Source: a virus
Taxonomy: Duplodnaviria > Caudoviricetes
Reading direction: 5' to 3' (one strand)
Virus record (IMG/VR): IMGVR_UViG_3300016722_000010
Coordinates: 1-26,509 of that record
Length of the DNA stretch: 26,509 bases
Made by a program: the position numbers and the translations under genes. This document shows, piece by piece, positions 15,020 to 23,392 of the stretch. The notes under the pieces are model-generated. The model saw nothing but the letters and a program-made list of their open reading frames with translations. It did no database searches and was not told the DNA's origin. Every line of letters starts with the position of its first letter. Position 1 is the stretch's first letter.

Positions 15020-16488
15020 GAATAATGATCACGATCAATGCCGGTTTGCTGGACACGGAAGGATTGCCCTCATCCATGCTGTTAATAGCGTTACTGGGTA
15101 AACAGGACGAAACTTGCCGGTCGCGACTGAATAAGCTGCATGAGTACGCTCACACGCGGCACGCGATCAGCGGCAGGCAGCGGCTGAGGGGGTTGCCTAA
15201 TAACCGGCTGCCGCACGACCTGCCTGGCTACATCGTTACGGTATCCAGCGGGTATCTGGTGGGCGAGCCGGTACAGTATGCCAAGGCTGACGCGGCTGAC
15301 CAGCTCGCGTTTGACACGCTCAACGCTGCGCTTAAAATGTGCGATACCGCCAGCGTGGACGCAGAACTGGCGGTTGACGCCGCCGTGTACGGCAAAGGCG
15401 TGGAACTATGCTATGCCGATCGGGACGCACAGCCAAAGGTAGCGCAGGTGGATCCCCGGAGCGCGTTTGTGGTCTATGATGATACGGTGGAGCATCTTCC
15501 GCTGCTGGGGATTGTGCGGTATGAGATGGTGGATCAACAGCTGGCGAAAAAGGGTGAGCGTGTGGACGTTTACACGCCTGCCCTGTGTGTGCACATGGAG
15601 CGCGCGGGCGCGGAGGTGCCGCATGAGGTTTCCCGCGAGCCACATTACTTTGGCGCGGTGCCAATGATCGAATACTGGAACAATGCGCAGGAAACGGGCG
15701 ATTTTGAGCCGGTGCTTGATCTGATTGACGCCTATGATACGTTGCAAAGTGACCGGCTGAACGACAAACAGCAGTTCACGGACGCGATCATGGTATTCAA
15801 GGGATTGGCATCACTGGAAAATGACTCGGACGATCCGGCGCTTGAGGACGGTACTGACAGCGAAACGGATACTACTGTCGTTCCGACACTTACCCCCGCC
15901 GAACGCTTGCGCCAGACCAAGATGTTATTCATGCCCGGGCAGGATACAGACGCTACGTTCCTCACCAAGCCGGACGCAGAAAGTGGCAACGAGCTTTTGC
16001 GCAAAAGCCTTGCAGGCGACATACACAAATTCTCGTACGTGCCGGATCTGACCGATGAGAATTTCGCGGGAACTACCTCGGGCGTGGCCATGCGCTTCAA
16101 GCTCTTCGGGTTGGAAATGCTGGTCAACACCAAGGAGCGTTGGTTCCGGGAAGCCCTGCGTACCCGGCTGAAATGTATGATTCAGTTTTTAGCCAAAAAG
16201 GGCATGGCGAGGATCAACGTGGATGATGTGCAGATCACGTTTACCCGGTCGCTGCCCGTGAATGAGCTGGAAATTGCGCAAATGGCGTCTGCGTATCAAG
16301 GTATCCTTCCGGATGAACTGATCCTGGCGAAAATACCGGGAGTGGATGATCCCAAGGCAACGCTTGCCATGCTCCAGCAGCAGAAAGCGGAGGACGTTAA
16401 GCGGCAACAGGCGATGTTCCCGCGCTTTGACGCGAGCAACGCGCCTGCGGAAGATCCGCAGACAGGCACAACCGACGAGGAGGTATAA
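15016..16488 (+). CDS. Portal protein, SPP1 gp6-like (start may be ATG 15025)
   Basis: NNRL...YLVGEPV, PMIEYWNN..TGDFE.V.DLIDAYD..QSD, FAGTTSGVAMRFKL, ITFTRSLPVNELE. Confidence 0.95.
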   Translation: MRIMITINAGLLDTEGLPSSMLLIALLGKQDETCRSRLNKLHEYAHTRHAISGRQRLRGLPNNRLPHDLPGYIVTVSSGYLVGEPVQYAKADAADQLAFDTLNAALKMCDTASVDAELAVDAAVYGKGVELCYADRDAQPKVAQVDPRSAFVVYDDTVEHLPLLGIVRYEMVDQQLAKKGERVDVYTPALCVHMERAGAEVPHEVSREPHYFGAVPMIEYWNNAQETGDFEPVLDLIDAYDTLQSDRLNDKQQFTDAIMVFKGLASLENDSDDPALEDGTDSETDTTVVPTLTPAERLRQTKMLFMPGQDTDATFLTKPDAESGNELLRKSLAGDIHKFSYVPDLTDENFAGTTSGVAMRFKLFGLEMLVNTKERWFREALRTRLKCMIQFLAKKGMARINVDDVQITFTRSLPVNELEIAQMASAYQGILPDELILAKIPGVDDPKATLAMLQQQKAEDVKRQQAMFPRFDASNAPAEDPQTGTTDEEV

Positions 16489-16491
16489 CGT

Positions 16492-18066
16492 ATGGCGCCG
16501 CTCACGTACTGGCAGCAGCGCGCCATACGCCGCGTGCTGGCGGCACAACGGCAGGAGGACAACGCGCTTGTTATCATCCGTCGGGCGGTGCAGCGGGCAC
16601 TGGCGGAAATACAGGATGCGGTTGAGCGCATCGGAAGAAACTTTCAGAAGGCATTTGACCTTACGCCCGAACAGGCGCAGGAAATGCTTGATGCGCCTGC
16701 CGACCATGCGGAATATGAGCGCCTGCTGCGTGAGATAGCCGACATGCCCGATGGTCCCGAACGCGTACGGTTACAGGCGCGTGCATCATCCGGCGCATAT
16801 GCCTACCGGATCAGCCGGGAAGAGGCTATGCGCGCCTACGTGGAAGCCCAGTCGGTCATCCTTGGCGGGAAGACCAAACAGGCGCTTGAAACAACGCTGC
16901 TAAAAGTCGGGGCAGCCGAAGCACTCGGGCAACGTGCAGAACTGACGCAAGCTGGCGCGGTAGCGTCATTCGTTGGGGATAACCTTTCGGCTACTCGCGA
17001 GATTCTGCGCACGCCGTGGAATGGTGGAGATTACTCCTCCCGCATTTGGGGCAATACGCAGGCGTTGCGTAAATCGCTGGACGATACCATCATGGGCGGG
17101 TTCCTGTCCGGCAGGTCCTCGCGGATGATGGCCGCCGACATCGCCAAGCAGATGAGCATGGCGTATTATCAGGCGGAACGGCTTGTGCGCACCGAGGTCA
17201 ATCGCCTGCAGAACGCCGTGGCGCTTAAGGAACTGCTGAACGCTGGAATCCTTGAATACGAATGGCTTGCGACACTGGATAAGCGAACCTGCTCGCTATG
17301 TGGGGCAATGGATGGCAAGGTGTTCCGGATCACGGAGGCTGTAGTTGGGAAAACGCTTCCGCCCCTTCATCCCTATGACCGCTGCATCGTTGTGCGGCAT
17401 GTGGCTGCGACAGTCGAGCAGACACGCTTTGCGCGGGATGAGCAGGATAACGGCATTAAGGTTCCTGCGAGCACCACCTACGAACAGTGGTCGGCGCAAC
17501 AAGGTTCTCAGTTTACGGTACAGCAGAAGATGCAACGCAACCTCTCTTCCGATCAAGCCCAATATGACACGTACCGGAAACTGTTAGGGAAAAACGTGTT
17601 TACGGCTGACTTCAAAGCCTTCCAGCAAGCAAAATATTACAATGCGCAAGCCTATGAAATGCTGAAACTAGATTATAAGCGCCGTAACGCGCTGGCGTCC
17701 GATCCGTTGCTCGCGCTTCCGAATGCGAATATTGCGACCGCCGCGCCCGAGAAATTCACGCGGTACCTTTTCAACCCAGAGCATGCAGATGGTTGGGCTA
17801 AAGGCGTTGCATTTGACAGTCGCTTGGGCTATAATGTAAACAACTGGGAGGAGCTCAGGGACGCGATCCTGAAAGGGGCAGTTAGTTACCCAAGCACCTT
17901 GAAGGGCGAGAACCAGCACGGTAATCGCTATGAACAGCGGATGATCCTATATGGAATCAAAGGGACCCCTGCAAATGTTCTGGTGGGGTGGTTGGCAGAT
18001 AAAGACAGTACGCACATGACAACGGCGTACATCAAGGAGGTGAAACCCGGTGAAGAAGCAAATTGA
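16492..18066 (+). CDS. Minor head protein (SPP1 gp7/MuF) with a C-terminal DUF6883-like putative toxin domain
   Basis: MuF core (YSSRIW.N, AERLVRTE, ATLDKRTCSLC, PPLHP.DRC), linker DQAQY..Y..LLG, then LPNA...EKFTRYLFNPEH..G.AK...F...LGY...W. Confidence 0.88.
   Translation: MAPLTYWQQRAIRRVLAAQRQEDNALVIIRRAVQRALAEIQDAVERIGRNFQKAFDLTPEQAQEMLDAPADHAEYERLLREIADMPDGPERVRLQARASSGAYAYRISREEAMRAYVEAQSVILGGKTKQALETTLLKVGAAEALGQRAELTQAGAVASFVGDNLSATREILRTPWNGGDYSSRIWGNTQALRKSLDDTIMGGFLSGRSSRMMAADIAKQMSMAYYQAERLVRTEVNRLQNAVALKELLNAGILEYEWLATLDKRTCSLCGAMDGKVFRITEAVVGKTLPPLHPYDRCIVVRHVAATVEQTRFARDEQDNGIKVPASTTYEQWSAQQGSQFTVQQKMQRNLSSDQAQYDTYRKLLGKNVFTADFKAFQQAKYYNAQAYEMLKLDYKRRNALASDPLLALPNANIATAAPEKFTRYLFNPEHADGWAKGVAFDSRLGYNVNNWEELRDAILKGAVSYPSTLKGENQHGNRYEQRMILYGIKGTPANVLVGWLADKDSTHMTTAYIKEVKPGEEAN
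17807..17835 (+). promoter_or_regulatory. Putative internal sigmaA promoter for the downstream small ORF
   Basis: TTGCAT (17807-17812), 17-nt spacer, perfect TATAAT (17830-17835), inside the toxin-coding segment. Confidence 0.5.
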
Positions 18067-18220
18067 ACTGTATGAGCATGTAACGCTCAAAGATGGGCGT
18101 GAGGGTGCTGTTGTTGAGTTGCTCGGCGATGATACGCTGTTGATCGACATTGGGAGTTCGCCGGCCGACTGGGAAACCATCGAAGTGAAACGCGAGGATA
18201 TTGTTGTAAGCATTGACTGA
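18050..18220 (+). CDS. 56-aa acidic protein, DUF4926-like, candidate immunity protein (absent from the ORF track)
   Basis: AAGGAGGTG RBS (18034-18042), GTG start, MKKQIELYEHVTLKDGREGAVVELLGDDTLLIDIGSSPADWETIEVKREDIVVSID*; overlaps the MuF stop. Confidence 0.8.
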   Translation: MKKQIELYEHVTLKDGREGAVVELLGDDTLLIDIGSSPADWETIEVKREDIVVSID

Positions 18221-18221
18221 T

Positions 18222-18249
18222 ACCGCCAAGCGAAAGCATGGCGGTTTTT
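18222..18249 (+). terminator. Intrinsic terminator after the candidate immunity gene
   Basis: ACCGCCA-(agc GAAA gca)-TGGCGGT followed by TTTT. Confidence 0.75.
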
Positions 18250-18260
18250 CTATGGCAACC

Positions 18261-18291
18261 AGCGGCTACCCCATGCGGGGCGGCCGCTTTT
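18261..18291 (+). terminator. Second terminator-like hairpin
   Basis: AGCGGC-ta-CCCC-atgc-GGGG-cg-GCCGCT followed by TTT. Confidence 0.5.
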
Positions 18292-18358
18292 GCATACCCC
18301 CGACCTGCCGGGCAATGCAGGGCAAAAAGCCGACGGGCGTTAAACGGAGGTAGACCAC

Positions 18359-18955
18359 ATGAATACCATGCATACCTATATGCCCTTGAATTTGCAGTTC
18401 TTTGCCGAGCCTGCGCTAGAGGCCCCTTCTGCTGATGCTGGCGCCGATGATCCGGGCAAAGCTGGCGATCAGCCGGCCGCTCCCAAGACTTTCACGCAGG
18501 AAGAAGTGGACAAGATTGTTCAGAGCCGCCTGGCAAAGGAAGCTAAGAAGAACGCCGACGCAGTGGCTGCTGCGCGTACCGAAGCGCAAAAGCTGGCAAC
18601 TATGAGTGCCGAGGAAAAGGCCGCGCATGAGCAGCAGGAGCGCGAAACAAAGCTTGCCCAACGCGAGGCTGAGATCGCGCGCCGAGAATTGCGCGCGACT
18701 GCTCTGCAAACGCTCGGTGAAAAACAGCTGCCTGCCGAGCTGGCCGACGTGCTGGACTACACCGACGCGGATAAGTGCAGCGCGTCCATTGCCCGCGTTG
18801 AAAAAGCGTACCGTGCTGCCGTGCAAAAGGGCGTTGAGGAACGCATGAAAGGTAACCCACCGCCCGCCGCAACCGGCAAGCCCGCTGGTACGGCTCCGCA
18901 GGGCTTGAAGGGCGCCGTGGCCTTGTACTACGAGGCTGAAAAGAAGAAAGGATGA
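18359..18955 (+). CDS. Capsid scaffolding protein (DUF4355-like)
   Basis: LNLQFFAE N-terminal motif, KTFTQEEVDKIVQSRL, coiled coil, AVQKGVEERMKG.PP. Confidence 0.9.
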   Translation: MNTMHTYMPLNLQFFAEPALEAPSADAGADDPGKAGDQPAAPKTFTQEEVDKIVQSRLAKEAKKNADAVAAARTEAQKLATMSAEEKAAHEQQERETKLAQREAEIARRELRATALQTLGEKQLPAELADVLDYTDADKCSASIARVEKAYRAAVQKGVEERMKGNPPPAATGKPAGTAPQGLKGAVALYYEAEKKKG

Positions 18956-18960
18956 ACTGA

Positions 18961-19932
18961 ATGGCTATCACGCTTGCTGAGGTGCAGAAGAACACCACGG
19001 ACGCCCTCCAGATTGGCGTCATCGATGAGTTCCGCAAAAACAACTTCCTGCTCAACAACATGCCCTTTGCCGATGCGGTTTCCCCCGTGGGTGGTGGGGG
19101 CACGCTAACCTATGGCTATACCCGCCTCATCACCCAGCCCACCGCCGCGTTTCGCGCGATCAACAGCGAGTACACGCCCCAGAACACCGCCAAGCAGCGT
19201 TATACCGCTGACCTCAAGGTATTCGGTGGCGCGTTTGAGATCGACCGCGTGCTTGCCAAGATGGGGGGCATTGTGGATGAGGTACAGCTCCAACTGGAGC
19301 AGAAGATCAAGGCTGCGCAGGCGTTGTTCAACGATACCGCCATCAACGGCGACAGCGCTGTGGATGCCAACGCCTTTGATGGTCTCGACAAGGCGTTGAC
19401 CGGCTCCAGTACGGAACTGATTCCGTCGGCGGCTATCGACCTGTCGACCAGTGCCGCCGTTACTACTAATGCCACCGCGTTCCTCGATCTGCTGGACGAA
19501 TTCCTGATGGGCCTTGACGGCACTCCCAGCGCCATCATGGGCAACACCAAGCTCATCGCCCGCATCCGCGCCTGTGCGCGTCGCGCGGCCATGTACAATG
19601 TGACCAAGAACGACTGGGGCCAGCAAGTCGAAAGCTATGGCGTAATTCCGCTGGTTGACCTGGGTGCCAAGCCGGGCAGCAACAACCCCATCGTGTCCAT
19701 TGGCACCGGCGACAACGCTGGCTTGACCAGCCTGTACGTCGCGCGCTTGGCGCTGGACGGCTTCCATGGCGTGAGCCTCGCGGGTGTGTCGCCCATTCAG
19801 TCGTGGATGCCGCACAACAACCCCAACGGCGAGGAAAAGGCGGTACAGCGTGGAGGCGTCGAAATGGTCGCCGCTGTTGCACTCAAAGCTACCAAGGCGG
19901 CTGCGGTGCTCCGCAAGATCAAAGTGGCGTAA
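18961..19932 (+). CDS. Major capsid protein
   Basis: 323 aa directly after the scaffold; MAITLAE..., AAFRAINSEY, INGD...FDGL; strong C/G-ending codon bias. Confidence 0.92.
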   Translation: MAITLAEVQKNTTDALQIGVIDEFRKNNFLLNNMPFADAVSPVGGGGTLTYGYTRLITQPTAAFRAINSEYTPQNTAKQRYTADLKVFGGAFEIDRVLAKMGGIVDEVQLQLEQKIKAAQALFNDTAINGDSAVDANAFDGLDKALTGSSTELIPSAAIDLSTSAAVTTNATAFLDLLDEFLMGLDGTPSAIMGNTKLIARIRACARRAAMYNVTKNDWGQQVESYGVIPLVDLGAKPGSNNPIVSIGTGDNAGLTSLYVARLALDGFHGVSLAGVSPIQSWMPHNNPNGEEKAVQRGGVEMVAAVALKATKAAAVLRKIKVA

Positions 19933-19944
19933 GGAGGTGCCAAA

Positions 19945-20496
19945 ATGCCCAGAATCTTTGCGCCCAATGACGGGCACAATTACAACGCGGGCGGCGTGCT
20001 GTTCCAGTATGGAGCCGCCGCCCTTCCCCTGGGTTCTGCGATCGCCGCAGAGTTTACCGCCGCCGGGTATATGGTCGATACGTCTAAGCACGCGCTGACC
20101 CCGTTTGACACCCTCCCGCGTGCAGCACTGGACAGGATCGCCCTGTACCTTGATCTGACGCTGGATGCGGAGGACGGCAAGTATGAGGTGCTCCGCGACA
20201 TAGAAGGCGTGATCTCCACCGCCAAGCGTACCGCTCTCACCATCACGTCTGTTGCAGGTACAGCCAGTGGTGACACCAAGATTACCGTTGCCGGCGAAGG
20301 CACGGGGCAGCTGGTGTACAAGATTACGGATGCGGCGCTGACACCGCTGTACCGTGATTACGCGGGCGATTGGACGGAATTTACCGATGGCGACGATATT
20401 TCGGCCGCTACTGGCAAAAAGGTCAACGTGGCCGAGATTGACGCAAACGGTGATGTTATCGGTTTCGGATCCGCGACTGTGACCGCCAAGGCGTAA
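19945..20496 (+). CDS. Putative capsid accessory/decoration protein (N-terminal RIxAPN domain, helical HeH-like segment, C-terminal beta-rich Ig-like domain)
   Basis: AAGGAGG RBS; C-terminal LTITSVAGTASGDTKITV...DISAATGKKVNVAE...SATVTAKA is Thr/Ala/Val-rich. Confidence 0.65.
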   Translation: MPRIFAPNDGHNYNAGGVLFQYGAAALPLGSAIAAEFTAAGYMVDTSKHALTPFDTLPRAALDRIALYLDLTLDAEDGKYEVLRDIEGVISTAKRTALTITSVAGTASGDTKITVAGEGTGQLVYKITDAALTPLYRDYAGDWTEFTDGDDISAATGKKVNVAEIDANGDVIGFGSATVTAKA

Positions 20497-20508
20497 AAGG
20501 AGGTACCC

Positions 20509-20763
20509 ATGAGGATACTCGCGCCCAATACCAAGTATACGGGCGTGTCGGCTTCCGTGGCGTTCAGAGACGGGGTCGGCGAAACTGCCGACCCCAACCT
20601 GATTGAATGGTTCCGCGATCACGGGTATACCGTCGAGCAGCCCGCGCCCGAGATGGAAGCCACCGCGCCGGAAGTCCCGCCTGATCAACTCGCCGAGACT
20701 GCGCACGCGCCTATGTCGAAAACGGACAAACCCAAACGACCCCGAAAGGGTGAGGCCAAATGA
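20509..20763 (+). CDS. Small head-associated protein, paralog of the N-terminus of the preceding gene
   Basis: AAGGAGG RBS; MRILAPN...VAFRDGVG...WFRDHGYTVE, then a low-complexity basic tail. Confidence 0.72.
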   Translation: MRILAPNTKYTGVSASVAFRDGVGETADPNLIEWFRDHGYTVEQPAPEMEATAPEVPPDQLAETAHAPMSKTDKPKRPRKGEAK

Positions 20764-21083
20764 CCGCGGATGATCTGCGCGCCCGCGTAAAACTGCGTCT
20801 GGGCATTGACTCCGCAACCACCGCATACGACGCGCTGCTGAATGAGTACGTCATTGATGCGCAGGGATACCTCGCCGCAAACTGCCGGGCGGCGCGTACG
20901 CCTGGCGAAACGGCAGAGCTGGATAACATCACCGTCGCGCTGGCTGTGATCGCGTATACCCGCCGGGGTATGGAGGGGCAGACCAGCCACAGCGAGGGCG
21001 GCGTGAGCGTGAGCGTTACGGACGCGCTGCCCCAAGATATGCAAAACCGTATCAACCGCCTGCGCACAGCAAAGGTAGGGTGA
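20760..21083 (+). CDS. Head-tail connector (SPP1 gp15/HK97 gp6-like)
   Basis: VKLRLGI...DALL, LAVIAYTRRGMEGQTSHSEGGVS. Confidence 0.88.
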   Translation: MTADDLRARVKLRLGIDSATTAYDALLNEYVIDAQGYLAANCRAARTPGETAELDNITVALAVIAYTRRGMEGQTSHSEGGVSVSVTDALPQDMQNRINRLRTAKVG

Positions 21084-21087
21084 TGGA

Positions 21088-21450
21088 ATGCGACTGCTGG
21101 AACGCGAAAAACGCACCGTAACCCTCAAGCCTGCTACTACCCGCACCAATAAGTACACCAACACTGAACGGCTCTACCGCTATGATGACGCCTCCGCTCA
21201 GACCATCCGCGCCGTGGTGCAGCCCCTCAGCGGGCACACCGCGGCGCTCGTGTATGGGCAGGGAATCGGGCTGCGGAAACGGTTGCTGTATGACGGCGAG
21301 GCCGCAATCACGCTTGGAATGGGCGTTTGTGTCGATGTGGATGCGACCGCACCGTGCGATTACCGCGTGGAGGAACCGCCCGCCCACTACGGCGACGGGC
21401 ATATTTCAGCCGTGCTGGTGTACATACCGCCTGAACAGCGGGGAGCGTGA
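21088..21450 (+). CDS. Putative head-closure (stopper) protein
   Basis: Position and size; IRAVVQPLSG...VYG motif. Confidence 0.7.
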   Translation: MRLLEREKRTVTLKPATTRTNKYTNTERLYRYDDASAQTIRAVVQPLSGHTAALVYGQGIGLRKRLLYDGEAAITLGMGVCVDVDATAPCDYRVEEPPAHYGDGHISAVLVYIPPEQRGA

Positions 21451-21456
21451 TCGCGA

Positions 21457-21921
21457 ATGCCCATATCCTTTGACGGCATTGACAGTCTGATTGCCCGGCT
21501 GGAAGGAATGCAAGACGGAATCCTTGAGGCTGCGAGGGTGGGGATGGAGGATGGCTTGCTGATTGCTAAGGCAGACGCACAGAAAAACTGTCCTGTCGAT
21601 ACTAGCGACCTGCGTGGGAGCATCCAATCCCAATCCGTAATTGTAGACGGCGCGGTAGAGGGTAAAATGTACAGTCCACTGGAATACGCGGGATATGTGG
21701 AGATGGGCACCGGCCCCAAAGGGGAAGCCGATCACGCAGGTACGGCTCCCATAGGCGTTACCTATCGCACTACGGGCTGGACATACCATGACGAAAAAGG
21801 GTTTCACTACACTAGAGGCCAGCCCGCGCGCCCGTATCTGTACCCGGCATTCAAGGCAAACAAACGCGTTATCCTCGGAAAAATCATGGAAGCGGTGCGA
21901 AAAGTGGTAAAGGGGGGATAG
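21457..21921 (+). CDS. HK97 gp10-family neck/tail-completion protein
   Basis: AQKNCPVDTSDLRGSI, YAGYVEMGTG, GQPARPYLYPA. Confidence 0.92.
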   Translation: MPISFDGIDSLIARLEGMQDGILEAARVGMEDGLLIAKADAQKNCPVDTSDLRGSIQSQSVIVDGAVEGKMYSPLEYAGYVEMGTGPKGEADHAGTAPIGVTYRTTGWTYHDEKGFHYTRGQPARPYLYPAFKANKRVILGKIMEAVRKVVKGG

Positions 21922-21924
21922 CCT

Positions 21925-22266
21925 GTGGCGCTAAGCAACGAAGCGGAACACATTGCAACAGAGCTTGGAGAGCTGGAATGCGTCGCATCGGTGACGCGTG
22001 GATGGCCTACGGACGGAACGACGCTTCCGTGCATCGCGATCGCGCTTGCCGGCGAAACCCCTGCCGACTTCCGGGATGATGACGAATACCTGACGGAATT
22101 GGAATACTACCTGCACATTTTCACGGTGACCGCGCTCGAAGGGGACACGGTTGCCTCCAGCGTGGATGAAACCATGCGGGGAATGGGCTATACGCGCACC
22201 TTTGCCAACGAACAGCCTGAACAGGGCGCGGCTCACCTGATACGCAGGTATCGGAAAACTGCATGA
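21925..22266 (+). CDS. Putative tail terminator
   Basis: Sits before the tail tube gene; LPCI, YYLHIF, VDETMRGMGYTR. Confidence 0.75.
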   Translation: MALSNEAEHIATELGELECVASVTRGWPTDGTTLPCIAIALAGETPADFRDDDEYLTELEYYLHIFTVTALEGDTVASSVDETMRGMGYTRTFANEQPEQGAAHLIRRYRKTA

Positions 22267-22294
22267 GGCCGATGGCCTCGGAAAGGATGATACC

Positions 22295-22882
22295 ATGTCG
22301 GCTAAAAGAGCAGTAATCGGCCTTCGGGGAATAGCGCTGGCGCCCGTCACCACGGACACGCTGGCCAGCTATGTGACCGGCGCAGGCGTTGCCCTGCAAT
22401 ATGCGGGGAAGATTAACCGCACGGCCAAGGAGAACAAGCAGGATCTGAACTATGACGATGTGTTGTACGCACAGCTGCGCGATGTGACGGGGGAGGACGT
22501 GGAAATTCGCATGGCCGAAGTCCCGCTTGCCCAGCTACAAACGATGGGGCTTGGCACGTACGACGAAACCACGGAATCCTTTGAGGGTAACTTTTCCATT
22601 TCGGGGAAAACCTTTGCCCTGCGATTTGTGACGGACACGGTTTCTGGGCTCCCGTTCTACTTCAACTATCGCGTGTTTGAGTTGAATGGCATCAAGTTTG
22701 ACAACTTCGCTTCCAAGTCCGGGAATGCTACGGTGTGCGAAGTGATCATCACCGGCGTGTTCAAGAAACCTCAACTTGCAACGTTGGCGCCCTGGGCTGT
22801 GATGCAGCTCAAGGAAGATAAGACCAACGCCGCTGCGTGTACCGCGTTCCTGACGGCGGCCGAAACCAAGCCCGACGTGTAA
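22295..22882 (+). CDS. Major tail (tube) protein
   Basis: IGLRGIALAP N-terminus, YDD, FALRF; 195 aa at the canonical position. Confidence 0.85.
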   Translation: MSAKRAVIGLRGIALAPVTTDTLASYVTGAGVALQYAGKINRTAKENKQDLNYDDVLYAQLRDVTGEDVEIRMAEVPLAQLQTMGLGTYDETTESFEGNFSISGKTFALRFVTDTVSGLPFYFNYRVFELNGIKFDNFASKSGNATVCEVIITGVFKKPQLATLAPWAVMQLKEDKTNAAACTAFLTAAETKPDV

Positions 22883-22900
22883 CGACAACCCACACAATCC

Positions 22901-22931
22901 GCCCCTGCCGTGGCTTGCGGCAGGGGCTTTT
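22901..22931 (+). terminator. Intrinsic terminator after the major tail protein gene
   Basis: GCCCCTGCCG-tggcttg-CGGCAGGGGC-TTTT (10-bp perfect stem). Confidence 0.8.
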
Positions 22932-22942
22932 AGGAGGCTGCC

Positions 22943-23392
22943 ATGTTTGGGAGTATCAAACAATCCATCCCCGTCGAACAGACGGTGCACGGGTACGCAG
23001 TGAAGCGTATGCCGCTGGGCGCGTATCTGCGAGCGCTGCAAACATTGCAGGATTTTCCGCGTGATGTGGTAGCGCAGATGTTCCCGGATAAAACGGACCT
23101 CGGGAAGGCGCTGGAATCTCTGCGCAGCCTGAACAGGGACAGCATGATCGACCTGCTGCTGAAAGCGCTGACGGTGGTTCCGGAACGCGCCGTGGGATTG
23201 GTGGCAGAGTTGACCGGCATCCCGGCGGATACACTGCTGAACGATCCGGTTATTGGTTTGGATGGCATCGCGGAAATCGTGAACGCCTGGCTAGAGGTCA
23301 ACGGCGCGGAAAATTTTTCACGGGCGGCGAGCCGATCGGCGAAAACGATCAAAGCCCTCGCCGCGACCCTGAAAAATGGGTACAAAGGCTGA
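22943..23392 (+). CDS. Tail assembly chaperone (gpG-like)
   Basis: Between the tail tube and tape measure genes; contains the slippery heptamer A AAT TTT. Confidence 0.85.
   Translation: MFGSIKQSIPVEQTVHGYAVKRMPLGAYLRALQTLQDFPRDVVAQMFPDKTDLGKALESLRSLNRDSMIDLLLKALTVVPERAVGLVAELTGIPADTLLNDPVIGLDGIAEIVNAWLEVNGAENFSRAASRSAKTIKALAATLKNGYKG

Noticed and set aside
17813-17835. Perfect TTGACA paired with TATAAT
   Set aside because: The spacing is 11 nt; the correctly spaced -35 is TTGCAT at 17807.
19105-20826. 573-aa minus-strand ORF opposite the capsid cluster
   Set aside because: A shadow frame: three in-frame, strongly codon-biased plus-strand genes suppress antisense stops. No recognisable motifs.
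22860-22942. Frameshift extension of the major tail protein to add an Ig domain, as in SPP1 gp17.1*
   Set aside because: No slippery CCC-TAA end and no downstream Ig-coding frame; a terminator follows directly.
23371-23377. G_AAA_AAT as the chaperone slippery site
   Set aside because: A poorer fit to X_XXY_YYZ than A_AAT_TTT at 23311, which leads into the same -1 frame.
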